A DNA stretch of 64,000 nt from Oligoflexales bacterium (GTDB taxonomy: Bacteria; Bdellovibrionota_B; Oligoflexia; Oligoflexales; CAIYRB01), in contig JBGSUI010000217.1 of the NCBI GenBank assembly GCA_041736175.1, forward strand, positions 32,001 to 96,000. Reading direction: 5' to 3'. Both the position numbers and the translations under genes were made by a program. Each line of letters opens with the position of its first letter. Position 1 is the first letter of the stretch. Below the pieces are notes generated by a model. The model did not search any database. It was not told the origin of the DNA and saw only the letters and a list, made by a program, of their open reading frames with translations. Positions 1-10,594 of the stretch are shown in pieces.

Positions 1-57
1 GACCATATTTTAGATCGTATCGAAATCTTACAAAAACAACTTCACGGAGAGCGTTGA
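1..57 (+). CDS. 3' end of a gene entering the window (partial)
   Basis: Frame 1 is open from base 1 (DHILDRIEILQKQLHGER) to TGA at 55-57; product not identifiable. Confidence 0.4.
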   Translation, partial: DHILDRIEILQKQLHGER

Positions 58-114
58 TGACTCTAAGGCCTGACTCTGGCATAATGGAAGAGTGATGTAC
101 AAGGAGTCTTTTGC

Positions 115-345
115 ATGAATTGGAAATCGGTAGCAATCCCCGAAGGTAGCAAGTTGTTTAAATCCCATAGCTTTACCTTTGTATACAAGGGTGCTACCTA
201 CCTTTTACAAGTGGATGAACATAGAGATGGTAATTTTACCGGTCACGGTGAACATTCCACCGACAAAAGCAACGTCCTAGCTTCCGTCCATGGGAGCACC
301 TTAGATGAATGTCTCACTCAGCTCATTGCGCGCATTAAGAAATAA
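115..345 (+). CDS. small hypothetical protein (76 aa)
   Basis: ATG preceded by AAGGAG; compact ORF co-oriented with the next gene. Confidence 0.7.
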   Translation: MNWKSVAIPEGSKLFKSHSFTFVYKGATYLLQVDEHRDGNFTGHGEHSTDKSNVLASVHGSTLDECLTQLIARIKK

Positions 346-374
346 ATGCACCCGTTGCTACAAAGGCCCTAGAG

Positions 375-1574
375 TTGACAAAGTCCCTAGTTATAGGAAT
401 CGAGCGGCTTTACAAGAATCCGGAGATGACCCAATCTTGGGGGCGATGCGGGTTATTGATCAATCAAGCATCCGTTAATCGAAGTTTTATACCGAGTTGG
501 AAGCTACTCCAAGAGATCCTGGGAGTTCGATTAACCTGCCTTTTTGGCCCTCAGCACGGTTTTGCTGGTACGGCCCAAGACAATATGATTGAAACCTCCC
601 ATGCCACCCATGTAGCTACCGGCCTTAGGGTCTTTAGCCTTTATTCCGAGACAAGGCGTCCCAATGAATTTATGTTTTCTCACCTAGATACACTGATGAT
701 AGACTTACAAATTGTCGGCTGTCGCATCTACACGTGGAAGTCGACCATTGCAGAATGCCTCAGGGCCGCTAAGGAGTTTGGTAAGCGGATTGTCATCTTG
801 GACCGTCCAAACCCTCTAGGAGGAGAAGTCTTAGAGGGGCGAACGTTAGACGATGACTGCCACTCCTTTGTCGGCCAATTTAAGATGCCAATGCGGCATG
901 GGCTCACAGCGGGTGAAGCAGCCCTCTTTTTTAATGAATCCATCCAAGCTGAACTTGAAATCGTTTCTATGATCGGCTGGAAAGCAAAAACCCTTTGGAG
1001 CGAGCTGGATCGATCTTGGGTTTTGACGTCGCCCAATCTGCCATCGGTGGACTCTGTTTTTGTGTACCCTGGGACTGTACTCCTTGAGGGTACCAATCTT
1101 TCAGAAGGCCGAGGGACCGGGTTACCATTTCAGTTGATAGGAGCACCCTATTTCCGCTCGGGACAGCAACTCATCAACCTGATCGAACGGTACCCACAGG
1201 TCTGCGCAGGTCTTATTCTTAGGGAAGCTGCCTTTGAGCCCACTTCGCAAAAATGGAAAGGCGAAGTGTGCAATGGATTACAACTCCATGTCACCGACCC
1301 AACCAAGGTCCGTAGTTTTGGCTTGACCCTTGCTCTTATAAAATCAGCCATGGATCTTAGCGATCATTTTGCCTGGCGCTCGCCACCCTATGAATACGAC
1401 TATGAGACTCTTCCTATCAAACTGATTCTAGGTAGCCACAAAATAGAAAAACATCTTTCAAAAACTAACTTCAATCTTGAAGATCCGTTTTGGAGAGAGG
1501 GAATCGACGCCTATGTTTCAAACGTTGCACGATTTCTTCTCTACCCCAGAGAGTCCTTTAGTGATGCAAAATAA
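375..1574 (+). CDS. namZ: DUF1343-family exo-beta-N-acetylmuramidase (NamZ-like)
   Basis: Motifs FGPQHGF, VFSLY, DLQIVGCRIYT, LDRPNPLGG, RHGLTAGE, SPNLP, SEGRGT. Confidence 0.88.
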   Translation: MTKSLVIGIERLYKNPEMTQSWGRCGLLINQASVNRSFIPSWKLLQEILGVRLTCLFGPQHGFAGTAQDNMIETSHATHVATGLRVFSLYSETRRPNEFMFSHLDTLMIDLQIVGCRIYTWKSTIAECLRAAKEFGKRIVILDRPNPLGGEVLEGRTLDDDCHSFVGQFKMPMRHGLTAGEAALFFNESIQAELEIVSMIGWKAKTLWSELDRSWVLTSPNLPSVDSVFVYPGTVLLEGTNLSEGRGTGLPFQLIGAPYFRSGQQLINLIERYPQVCAGLILREAAFEPTSQKWKGEVCNGLQLHVTDPTKVRSFGLTLALIKSAMDLSDHFAWRSPPYEYDYETLPIKLILGSHKIEKHLSKTNFNLEDPFWREGIDAYVSNVARFLLYPRESFSDAK

Positions 1575-1576
1575 TC

Positions 1577-1606
1577 AAAGGGGGGCTCGAAGCTGCTACC
1601 CCCTTT
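1577..1606. terminator. hairpin between convergent genes, possible bidirectional terminator
   Basis: AAAGGGGG...CCCCCTTT inverted repeat between the namZ and TPR-gene stops. Confidence 0.45.
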
Positions 1607-3155
1607 AGTGACTTAACTTGCTTGCTGCATGGGATGAAGGTTCCTTAACCAAATCCCAAAATTTTTGACTGCGTTTGAGAGCTTGAAGATCATTGTCTAC
1701 TCTTGCAGTATATACAAGACGAGGGTCAAGGGAAAATGCCTCGGCAAGAGTGGCAATCGCTTCGTCTCTCCGGCCTAGAAGTGCAAGGACGCATGCTTCG
1801 TTATACCGAGCAGTGGCATCATTAGGATCGATTTCGGTTGCCACGGCAAATAGCTTCAGAGCGTCACTAAACTTTTTATTTCTATAAAAAGCTAGCCCCA
1901 TGCCATTGTAGTAATCCCCTCGATCAGGTTCTAAAACAATCGCATTAGAAAAAGCTTTAACCGCCTCGTCGTGCTGGAGCAGGTGCTCTGACAGAGTCTC
2001 TCCAAGCAAAGCATGGTACACTCCTTGTCCGCGAAACTTTAGACTGACTTGCCCAAGAAGTGTCGCAAGCTGCTGATAGGACTTGCTGGCTTTGCAAGAG
2101 CGGGCGATAAAATCTAAAATCCCAACATTGGCAGGATCGATTTCAAGCGCCGAAATAAAGCTCTTTTGTGCACTCTGGAAATCTTTAGATCCTAATTGGG
2201 CAACGCCTAAGTGAGCATAAACCATTGCTAGCATGGCTGGCTGCATGCTGGTTTGGTATCGACTTAGGGCAAGCGAAAAACCATTAATCGCTAATTTATG
2301 CTGGCCCAAAGATTGGTACGAGACGATCGCTCGGTTGATCATCGCCTCTCGATGAAAAGGATCTTCGGAGAGAATACGATCGTAAGTCTTTAAAGCGGCC
2401 TTATAATCACCCATTTCACTAAAAGCTATGGCTTTGGTAAGCTGAAAAAGCTGCGATGGAAACTTTTGATTCCATTCCTCCAATTTTTCAATTAACTTAA
2501 TACCGCTATGTTCAGATTGCAGGATCGCCACCAAGTGGGGAACCACAATCGCACTAAGGGTATCGGGGTATCTTAAGGATTTTTCAAGCAGCTCTAAGAC
2601 TCGACTGCTTCCAACCTCGGCGGATGTCAGTCGCGCTCTTGTAAAACTAAATCGCCAATTATCCCGTACTCCAAATGCTTCTGCCTCGCCCAAAATCCGA
2701 ATCGCTCGATCCGGACTGCTCATAGCGTCTAAAATCTCTGCCATAGCGACGTATCCGATCGGACTTTTAGGTTCGAGATCGATCGCTTGCTGGGCCATTT
2801 CCGAAGCTTGTTTTAGGAGGAATAAATCACTTGGGTCCTTAGAAAACCGCCGGACCAAGATATGGGACAAAAGATAATGTGCCCTAGCGTTGGCTGGTTG
2901 CAGTTGTATGACCCGGACAATCTGGTTCTCAATACTAGAAAGTTGGCTCTCTTCTGAAGTAAAGGCCAATATCTCTAAAGTGACTAAGTCATCGACTAAA
3001 AGACTCGCTCGGGCTTTGCCACTAAAAACCAAAACCGTGATAGTGCAAATAAAACTACACAACATTATGAGATCAATTAGAGATCTATCCCGATAGGCTC
3101 GTGCTAGGACTTTTAGAGGTCCCCGTTGAGAAGACCATTTTCGGTTTAGTTTCAT
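1605..3155 (-). CDS. tetratricopeptide-repeat protein with N-terminal hydrophobic/export segment
   Basis: Multiple TPR-like units (YAHLGVAQLGSKDFQSAQKSFISALEIDP, YYNGMGLAFY..., ARYNEACVLALLG). Confidence 0.85.
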   Translation of the reverse strand: MKLNRKWSSQRGPLKVLARAYRDRSLIDLIMLCSFICTITVLVFSGKARASLLVDDLVTLEILAFTSEESQLSSIENQIVRVIQLQPANARAHYLLSHILVRRFSKDPSDLFLLKQASEMAQQAIDLEPKSPIGYVAMAEILDAMSSPDRAIRILGEAEAFGVRDNWRFSFTRARLTSAEVGSSRVLELLEKSLRYPDTLSAIVVPHLVAILQSEHSGIKLIEKLEEWNQKFPSQLFQLTKAIAFSEMGDYKAALKTYDRILSEDPFHREAMINRAIVSYQSLGQHKLAINGFSLALSRYQTSMQPAMLAMVYAHLGVAQLGSKDFQSAQKSFISALEIDPANVGILDFIARSCKASKSYQQLATLLGQVSLKFRGQGVYHALLGETLSEHLLQHDEAVKAFSNAIVLEPDRGDYYNGMGLAFYRNKKFSDALKLFAVATEIDPNDATARYNEACVLALLGRRDEAIATLAEAFSLDPRLVYTARVDNDLQALKRSQKFWDLVKEPSSHAASKLSH

Positions 3156-3221
3156 AAAACACTGCCCCCTTGGAGAGTCTCATTAGGTTTTACCAGTGAT
3201 TTGATAACAACCCTCCATATC

Positions 3222-3249
3222 TCATCGGCATTTTCAGATATTTTGTTTA
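3222..3249 (-). promoter_or_regulatory. candidate sigma28 (FliA) promoter for the TPR gene
   Basis: Minus strand TAAAC-N15-GCCGATGA. Confidence 0.5.
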
Positions 3250-3418
3250 ACGATTAATTAGTTTTTATTTTACTGCCAATGGTCTGGTTTCTTCCCTCAA
3301 GACCTCCAAAATCTAATAACCACCGATACTAACTAGGTAAATTTTTCATCCCACTAGGCAAATTTAAGCTTAGCACTAGGTTCGTCGATACCTATTAGGT
3401 CATCGAAAGGCAAACTAC

Positions 3419-6052
3419 ATGGTTCAAAAACCAGACATCAAACCAAACTCTAGAAGAGTAGGCCTCTTTTCGACATTGGCATTATTAGCGATTAGCATAG
3501 CGATTCTCTGTAGTTCCATAGTTTTCAGCTACTACATCGATTCGGGGAAGGGCGAAAAAGCCGCTGCTAAACTCAATAAAGTCATCCTAGGAAATGCAAA
3601 AAAATCAGTATTTTCAGACAAATCTGGCGCCAAAGCCTCGGCCTACCAAACGACTTCTGAACTGCAGATTCTCAGTGAGTCCATCCTATCCATTATGCAG
3701 AGCTACTATGTCGATCCCGACCGTGTTAACAACCATTTTATCTTGTTGGCTTTAGTCGACGTCCTCAGAAAAAACAGCAGAATTAAGGCGACATTAACCC
3801 CCCCAGACATTGGAGAGTCCTCTGATCAAGAACTGGTATTGGAGGTAGACCAAAAGGTCTCTCGATGGCCCCTCGCTCGTCCTATGAGTCACAATAACCT
3901 CGCGGAACTTTATGTACAGATCACAAAAGTTTTGGAAAAGCATCGGATAAAATTCCCCTTGGCTGACGGTGAAGCTCCTTTAGCTGATAGCCCAGCATCC
4001 CGAGAAAACCCATTAATAATTGAACTTTTTTCAAAGACTCTTTCGACACTCGATGCCCATAGCGCACTTCTTTCACCACAGGCATATCGCGAACTGCGCC
4101 AAGGTACAGAAGGCAGTTTTGGTGGACTAGGTGTCTTAGTGGGTATCAGAGATCATTTGTTAACCGTCATCAAACCCTTGCCAAAAAGTCCTGCACAGCG
4201 GTTTGGCATCAAAACTTTTGATCGTATCGTTGGGATCAATGGTAAGGATACGTTTGGTTTTACCCTCGAACAAATGGTCGAATATATGCGAGGCGAACCT
4301 GGAACAAACGTTCACCTTTCGCTGCTTCGCAAAGATGCAGCAACGCCAATCCAAGTTCATCTTAAAAGGGAAATCATCCAAGTTGACTCTATATCAAGCG
4401 AAGAGATTGTCTCTAAAAAGGGCTCTTTTTTAAAGATCAATATCGAAAACTTTGCATCTCGAACCTCTCGAGAGGTCTTAACTGCGATTAAAAATTTTAA
4501 AAATAAGCACCATGGACAATTAGACGGCCTTATCTTAGACCTTCGCTCCAACCCCGGGGGGCTCCTCGATCAGGCTGTCCAAGTCGCTGATCTTTTCCTG
4601 CCATCGGGTGTCATCGTCAGCACAAGAGGTCGACGAGAAGAGGTCGAAAAAGCAGGTAGCGGAATCGATGAAATGAGTTTTCCAATCATGATTTTAATCG
4701 ACGGAGATTCGGCTTCTGCATCTGAAATCGTGGCGGGAGCACTTCAGGATCACGGGCGATCCCTTATCCTCGGACAACCAAGTTTTGGCAAGGGTTCAGT
4801 TCAAACAATTTTTGAATTACCTCAGGAGAGGGCACTCAAAATCACTATAGCAAGGTATTACACACCAAGCGGTCGGTCGATACAAAATATAGGCATCATT
4901 CCTGATTTGTGGCTGCAACCCATCTTTCAAAAAAAGAAAAATGAAAATCTCTTAGGTTCGTATCGATACAAAAACGAAAGGTACCTTCGTAACCATTTAG
5001 AAGGCACCAAAGAATCGGGAACAACTTCTTTACGGGTTCCTGCATTAAAAGCTTACTATCTTGCGGAATCAACTCCAGACTTAGAATACGATGAAAACGC
5101 GCCGAAGGAATTTGACCGGGAGCGGGAAATCGCACTCCTGATTCTTAGAAAAATCCATAGCACTTATAAGGGTTCGCCCACCGAACTCGCATTAAGAGCA
5201 AGCCATTGGTTAGGACTTGCAGGTCCTGAAGTCATTTCGAGGTTTAATGATCTCGATCAAGAAGCCATTTCTTGGCTCAACAAGAAACATGAAATCCAGT
5301 GGACTAAGCCCAAATGGTTTCATGACGGCGACCTGGTATCACTCCAAATAACTGAGAGTGACGCCGAAGCGACGATCGGTGATAACTACAAAATTCCGTT
5401 TTCCATTAAGAATAACAGCCAAAAACAATTGGATAGAGTGAGCATTTTCCTTAGATCTGAACATCCACTTTTTGAGACCCAAGAGATTCTCATAGGCAGT
5501 GTTGGACCAGGTCAAACCAGCCATGGACATCTTAGCTTTCTGATACCTAACAGTTGGGAGCCAGGAATTCTCGCACTTAGAATCGGCGTGGCCATCGATT
5601 CATGGCCAGTATCTACTGCCGTTGCTAACCAAAATTTGACGATTAATCCACGAAAACTCGCTACTATAAAGGCTTGGACAAAATTAATTGAAGAGAGAGA
5701 CGGAACTTCCAATGATAGTTTAGAGTCCCAAGAAAAGGCCAAAATAAGGGTAGCTCTTGAAAACAATAGTCAGGTACCCGCCAGCGATGTTGTAGTCAGA
5801 GTCATCAATTTATCAGGAAAACAAGCAGTTTTAGCCTCACATCCACAAAACTTAAAAACCATACCACCAAAACAAACAATATTAGTTGATTTTGATATTG
5901 AAGCATCACAGATTCTGCACGTTTCGAGTTTAGATTTCGGACTACAAATTGAAAGTCAGTCAATTAAAGCAATTTATAAAGACCATTTCAAAATAAAATC
6001 GATACCAAACTCAGATATATCTATTAAAAAAACTCAGAATTTGGGCCACTAA
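3419..6052 (+). CDS. S41 carboxyl-terminal processing protease (PDZ + S41 domain + C-terminal beta-rich extension)
   Basis: FGGLGV PDZ entry, LDLRSNPGGLL, catalytic SASASEIVAGALQD and FGKGSVQ, ARYYTPSGRSIQ. Confidence 0.92.
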   Translation: MVQKPDIKPNSRRVGLFSTLALLAISIAILCSSIVFSYYIDSGKGEKAAAKLNKVILGNAKKSVFSDKSGAKASAYQTTSELQILSESILSIMQSYYVDPDRVNNHFILLALVDVLRKNSRIKATLTPPDIGESSDQELVLEVDQKVSRWPLARPMSHNNLAELYVQITKVLEKHRIKFPLADGEAPLADSPASRENPLIIELFSKTLSTLDAHSALLSPQAYRELRQGTEGSFGGLGVLVGIRDHLLTVIKPLPKSPAQRFGIKTFDRIVGINGKDTFGFTLEQMVEYMRGEPGTNVHLSLLRKDAATPIQVHLKREIIQVDSISSEEIVSKKGSFLKINIENFASRTSREVLTAIKNFKNKHHGQLDGLILDLRSNPGGLLDQAVQVADLFLPSGVIVSTRGRREEVEKAGSGIDEMSFPIMILIDGDSASASEIVAGALQDHGRSLILGQPSFGKGSVQTIFELPQERALKITIARYYTPSGRSIQNIGIIPDLWLQPIFQKKKNENLLGSYRYKNERYLRNHLEGTKESGTTSLRVPALKAYYLAESTPDLEYDENAPKEFDREREIALLILRKIHSTYKGSPTELALRASHWLGLAGPEVISRFNDLDQEAISWLNKKHEIQWTKPKWFHDGDLVSLQITESDAEATIGDNYKIPFSIKNNSQKQLDRVSIFLRSEHPLFETQEILIGSVGPGQTSHGHLSFLIPNSWEPGILALRIGVAIDSWPVSTAVANQNLTINPRKLATIKAWTKLIEERDGTSNDSLESQEKAKIRVALENNSQVPASDVVVRVINLSGKQAVLASHPQNLKTIPPKQTILVDFDIEASQILHVSSLDFGLQIESQSIKAIYKDHFKIKSIPNSDISIKKTQNLGH

Positions 6053-6068
6053 TACAATAAGGGCATTC

Positions 6069-7865
6069 ATGAAACCAAAACACAAGATCGGCATCGTAGC
6101 GGGGGACCAAAAACAGATCCAGTGTATTGAATTATTCGAACCTCTAAGGGACCAATATAACTTCACGGTGTATGCTTTTGACTATCCCGAAGTTCTTGAA
6201 TCGGCCCATTATGGACTACCACTAAGGGCCTATAACGAAGATCCTAAAATGCCTGGATTTATGAAAGGGCTCGAAGACCAGCTCTCCGGTATGGATGCCA
6301 TTATTGCTATCGAAACTTCTAGACTTGCTAGCTTTCAAGGTCTAAGAGCTGCTCGAAAATTTGGGATTCCCATTGGAGTGGTCACTACAGAATACCGACC
6401 ATTTTTCTACGAAAAATTCCGTAATATTCGAGCCATTCAATGCGATATATACAATAAATCATCTCGATACTGGACCCTCAGCTCAGCTTCAACGGCTCTC
6501 CTTAAATTGGAAGGCGTTGCACCAGAATTTATAAATGAACTTGGACCACGTCTCTCTCAGATTCCTACCGATGCTCATATCATAAAAAAAAGACGCAAAT
6601 TTCGCAAATATATAGAATTAAGTGACGATCATATCGTCATCCTAGCCAAGTTTGATTTGGAGCCTTCGTACCATAGCAGTATGCTTTTGCAGGGATTTGC
6701 GCAGTTTCTAAAACAATATCCTGCGAGCTCCAAGATGCGTCTTTTAGTGGTCGGCAGTGGTAGCAAGGCCCAAGAAATGAAATACCTTGCTGCTGATCTT
6801 GGAATAGGTAAATATGTTATGTTTATCCATCAAAAATCGACTCCATTTTTGGAGGATTTACTTGCTGCCAGTGATCTGTCGATAAGTCTGTGCCCCGATC
6901 ATCCAGAGTCTCACGAAGCGTTTCCTCAATGGATTGTGGCCGCGATGGCAAATAGGGTGATCCCTCTTTTTGAAAGTGGATGTCAAGAACTTGAACTCGT
7001 GAGTTCTATCAAAAACTTCTTAACACGCTTTAGTTTCCTTTCAAACTCTCCTGAATCTCTTGCAGCCCTGCTTATGATTTACTTAAAGAATCCAGAAGGT
7101 CTCGTCAGTCATAAAAATGAGATCTACGAGCACTCCAAAACTTTTCTGATGGATCAGGTCTATTTTGACTCTATGAATAAGGATTTAGAAGACCTCATCC
7201 ATGATGGGACCAAGATCAAAGAACAACATGGGGCCTTAGCAATCCTTAAAAATATGGAAAACCTGTTTCTGGAGAGTCGATTTACTGAACTGCTGTGTCT
7301 CATAGAAGAAACATTACTCCGCCAAAAAGAGCTTGGCCAAAAACAACTCCTATCTGTATTGGGATTTAAGGGCGATACGCTGACCCATTTAGGAGACCTA
7401 GAAAAAGCCGAGGAAACCTATCGGTATGGTCTAAGCATCGACCCAGATGACCTCCGTTGTCTGCGAGGATTAGGCCACCTCAACTGGCAATGCCATGCCC
7501 ATGACCAGGCGCTCAGCTTTTTTAAAAAAGCAGTCCATAAAAGCCCTGAAGATGGCCTATCTTGTTTTGGGATCGGGATGGTCTATAGTCGTTTAGGACT
7601 GGGAGAAGATGCCGTTTACTGGCTAGAGCGCAGCCTTCAGGCCCAACCACCCGCCCCTGGTGCATTGATGGCTATTGCCCAAACCTGTGCTGGCCTCCAG
7701 CAAACTCTGGTTGCCATCACTCTCCTGAGTAGGATTATAGAAAATCTTGGGGAACACAATATACTCTTGCTCACTTTAGGTCAGCTCTATCTCGCAGATG
7801 GCAAAGAGTCTTTAGGAAACGAGTTGATTGCCAAGGCTATGTCACGGCGACCTATGATCACTTAG
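6069..7865 (+). CDS. GT4-like glycosyltransferase fused to C-terminal TPRs
   Basis: LLVVGSG, LLAASDL, EAFPQWIVAAMANRVIP resemble a degenerate GT-B donor site; TPR-like helices from about residue 430. Confidence 0.65.
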   Translation: MKPKHKIGIVAGDQKQIQCIELFEPLRDQYNFTVYAFDYPEVLESAHYGLPLRAYNEDPKMPGFMKGLEDQLSGMDAIIAIETSRLASFQGLRAARKFGIPIGVVTTEYRPFFYEKFRNIRAIQCDIYNKSSRYWTLSSASTALLKLEGVAPEFINELGPRLSQIPTDAHIIKKRRKFRKYIELSDDHIVILAKFDLEPSYHSSMLLQGFAQFLKQYPASSKMRLLVVGSGSKAQEMKYLAADLGIGKYVMFIHQKSTPFLEDLLAASDLSISLCPDHPESHEAFPQWIVAAMANRVIPLFESGCQELELVSSIKNFLTRFSFLSNSPESLAALLMIYLKNPEGLVSHKNEIYEHSKTFLMDQVYFDSMNKDLEDLIHDGTKIKEQHGALAILKNMENLFLESRFTELLCLIEETLLRQKELGQKQLLSVLGFKGDTLTHLGDLEKAEETYRYGLSIDPDDLRCLRGLGHLNWQCHAHDQALSFFKKAVHKSPEDGLSCFGIGMVYSRLGLGEDAVYWLERSLQAQPPAPGALMAIAQTCAGLQQTLVAITLLSRIIENLGEHNILLLTLGQLYLADGKESLGNELIAKAMSRRPMIT

Positions 7866-7903
7866 GTCGGTGACGCGAAATTTAAAACCAGCTGCGTTAG
7901 CAC

Positions 7904-10009
7904 CTAGACCCCTGGCTTTTTACCGAGTGCTGCTTTGCGACTCAGTTTAATTTTGCCTTGGCGATCGATATCCAGAACCTTTACCAAACACTCGTCCCCT
8001 TCTTTGAGAACATCAGAGACCCGCCCTACCCGACCCTCCGCGAGTTCCGAAATATGACATAGTCCTTCGGATCCTGGCTTAATCTCGATAAAGGCACCAA
8101 AATCCATGATCTTTTTAACCGTCCCCAAATAGACGCCGCCTATATCTGGATCCGAAGTGACACTCCTGATAATTGCTTTAGCGGCTTCCGCTGAGAGGAC
8201 ATCAGGGGACACAATGCTTACCAAGCCATCGTCGGAAATATCGATTTTTGCTCCTGTCTCAGCCACGATCTTTTTGACCATCTTACCGCCTGGTCCGATA
8301 AGATCGCGAATACGTTCCGAAGCAATCTTAATTTGAAAGATCCTAGGAGCAAACTCACTTAATTCGCTAGGCTCAGAAATCGTTGTCTGCATCCGATCAA
8401 GGATAAACTTGCGCCCTTCCCTTGCCTGTTCGAGAGCCTCTCGCATAATTTCTTTAGAGAGTCCACCTATCTTGATATCCATCTGAAGGGCCGTGATTCC
8501 CCGCTCCCCACCACAGACTTTGAAGTCCATATCCCCAAGGTGATCTTCGTCGCCAAGGATATCTGACAAGATTGCGTATTTATCCTCTTCCTTGATCAAA
8601 CCCATCGCGATTCCTGCAACCGGCTCGGTGATGGGAACGCCAGCATCCAAAAGTGCCATCGTTCCCGCACAGACTGTTGCCATGGACGAACTACCATTGG
8701 ACTCTAAAACCTCAGATACTAACCGAATCGTATAGCCAAATTGAGACTTATTCGGGATCACTTGCGCTAGGGCGCGTTCTGCAAGGGCTCCATGACCAAG
8801 CTCTCTTCGAGAGAGGCCCCTTAGGGGCTTAGCTTCGCCAACACTAAATGGAGGGAAGTTATAGTGAAGCATAAATCGTTTTGTATCATCAGAACTTTGA
8901 ATGGAGTCAAGCCTTTGCTCATCATCTCCAGCACCAAGGGTGACGATACCTACTGCTTGGGTCTCGCCCCGCTGAAAGAGAGACGATCCATGGGGGCGCT
9001 TTAAGATGCTTTTTTCGCAGCTAATCTGGCGAATATCTTTAAAACCCCTGCCACCGATGCGGCGACGTTCGTCTAAGATCTGAGACCTCATCATTTTGTA
9101 TTTGAGATCTTCAATCAGGACTTTGACCATCCCCTTAAGGCTCTTATCCACTGCCGCCGCTGGATCACTTTCAGAACATACAGCTTCAATGATTTTAGCT
9201 GATGCTTCCTTAAGTGCCCGGTTACGCGCGGTCTTCTCGTTGACTTTAAATGCCTCTCCGATCAAGTTTGTCCCGGCTTTGCGAACTTTTTCGACGAGTG
9301 CAGGATCATATTCTTTTTTAGAAACAACCCTTTTTGGAGAACCGATAAGCTTTTGAACTTCTATCTGAACATCAAAGAGCGGCTTCATCCATTGATGGGC
9401 AGTCGTGATTGCTTCAAGCATCTGGTCTTCGCTTAAAAAGTTGGCCCCCGCTTCGACCATCAAAATAGCGTCAGGGCGACAAGCGACATTAAGGTCTAAG
9501 TCGCCAGTATCCTTTGGATCTGGATCCAAAACAAGCTTGCCATCCTTCATACCGACCCTGAGGGACGCCACGGGTCCGGCGAAGGGGATATCGCTGACCA
9601 TAAGGGCGGCACTAGCTCCTAATAGAGCCAAGGGAGCCGGATGATGGGCAGGGTCGTAAGACATCACTGTCGCGACAATCTGCGTTTCCACCAGAAACTC
9701 TTCTGGAAAACAAGGCCTTAGGGGTCTATCGATCACCCGGCTGGTCAAAGCTTCCCGCTCGCTAGGCCTGGTTTCCCGCTTGATAAAGCCTCCTGGGATT
9801 CTCCCAGCGGCATAAAACTTCTCAATATAATCGACAGTTAAAGGGAAGAAGTCTTGCCCTTCTTTAATGTCGTCTGCCGCACACACGGTGACAAGCACCT
9901 GCGTATCCCCACAACTAACCATGACCGAACCGTTTGCTTGCTTTGCGTACTTCTGAAACTCAAGGCGGACCAACTTGTTTCCAAGCTCAACTTCACGTAC
10001 CAAACTCAT
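7904..10009 (-). CDS. pnp: polyribonucleotide nucleotidyltransferase
   Basis: DFFPLTVDY, RRELGHG, LESNGSSSMA, EDHLGDMDFKV, KH and S1 domains; follows rpsO. Confidence 0.98.
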   Translation of the reverse strand: MSLVREVELGNKLVRLEFQKYAKQANGSVMVSCGDTQVLVTVCAADDIKEGQDFFPLTVDYIEKFYAAGRIPGGFIKRETRPSEREALTSRVIDRPLRPCFPEEFLVETQIVATVMSYDPAHHPAPLALLGASAALMVSDIPFAGPVASLRVGMKDGKLVLDPDPKDTGDLDLNVACRPDAILMVEAGANFLSEDQMLEAITTAHQWMKPLFDVQIEVQKLIGSPKRVVSKKEYDPALVEKVRKAGTNLIGEAFKVNEKTARNRALKEASAKIIEAVCSESDPAAAVDKSLKGMVKVLIEDLKYKMMRSQILDERRRIGGRGFKDIRQISCEKSILKRPHGSSLFQRGETQAVGIVTLGAGDDEQRLDSIQSSDDTKRFMLHYNFPPFSVGEAKPLRGLSRRELGHGALAERALAQVIPNKSQFGYTIRLVSEVLESNGSSSMATVCAGTMALLDAGVPITEPVAGIAMGLIKEEDKYAILSDILGDEDHLGDMDFKVCGGERGITALQMDIKIGGLSKEIMREALEQAREGRKFILDRMQTTISEPSELSEFAPRIFQIKIASERIRDLIGPGGKMVKKIVAETGAKIDISDDGLVSIVSPDVLSAEAAKAIIRSVTSDPDIGGVYLGTVKKIMDFGAFIEIKPGSEGLCHISELAEGRVGRVSDVLKEGDECLVKVLDIDRQGKIKLSRKAALGKKPGV

Positions 10010-10053
10010 TCAATTCCATCCTTTATGGAGCCGTTATGGGGAAAGCGGCCTAC

Positions 10054-10323
10054 TTACTTACGGATTCCAAGGTCAGTAATTAGTTTACGATAGCTTTCAG
10101 GGCTTTCGCTATGGAGATAATCCAAAAGCCTACGGCGCTGGCTTACAATCTTCATCAGACCCGTTCGTGAATGATGATCTTTGGTGTTTTTCTTAAAATG
10201 TTCGGTCAGGTAGTTTAGTCTGGAAGTCAAGAGGGCAACTTGGACTTCGGGGGAACCGGTGTCTTTTGCATGTCTCTGATATTTTGCCAGAATCTCGGCT
10301 GTTTGCGTTGCCGTTAGGGACAT
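10054..10323 (-). CDS. rpsO: 30S ribosomal protein S15 (start placed at the ATG of MSLTATQ)
   Basis: [30 protein letters not shown]. Confidence 0.97.
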   Translation of the reverse strand: MSLTATQTAEILAKYQRHAKDTGSPEVQVALLTSRLNYLTEHFKKNTKDHHSRTGLMKIVSQRRRLLDYLHSESPESYRKLITDLGIRK

Positions 10324-10444
10324 TAGAAGGGTCTCCATCTTGCTGGATCGTAAGTAAAAAAGGTCTCGCTCGGACCAGTTAAGGTTCAGTTCTTAACGCA
10401 GCCCAAGGGAAAATGCAATGATTTGTGTAGAGACATTTGAGTGC

Positions 10445-10473
10445 TTGACGAAGGTTGTTAATATTACCATAAT
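10445..10473 (+). promoter_or_regulatory. sigma70-type promoter facing carD (distal)
   Basis: TTGACG-N17-CATAAT. Confidence 0.55.
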
Positions 10474-10479
10474 TATCAA

Positions 10480-10508
10480 TTGACAAATTATCACCGATAC
10501 TTTAGTAT
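10480..10508 (+). promoter_or_regulatory. sigma70-type promoter facing carD (proximal)
   Basis: TTGACA-N17-TAGTAT. Confidence 0.65.
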
Positions 10509-10594
10509 CGACAACGTTGTACGACAAAGTATCAAATTCTAACGTTAGATAGAAACGAGACATCTCAAGAATCCGGACAGTTTGTGTTCTCATG

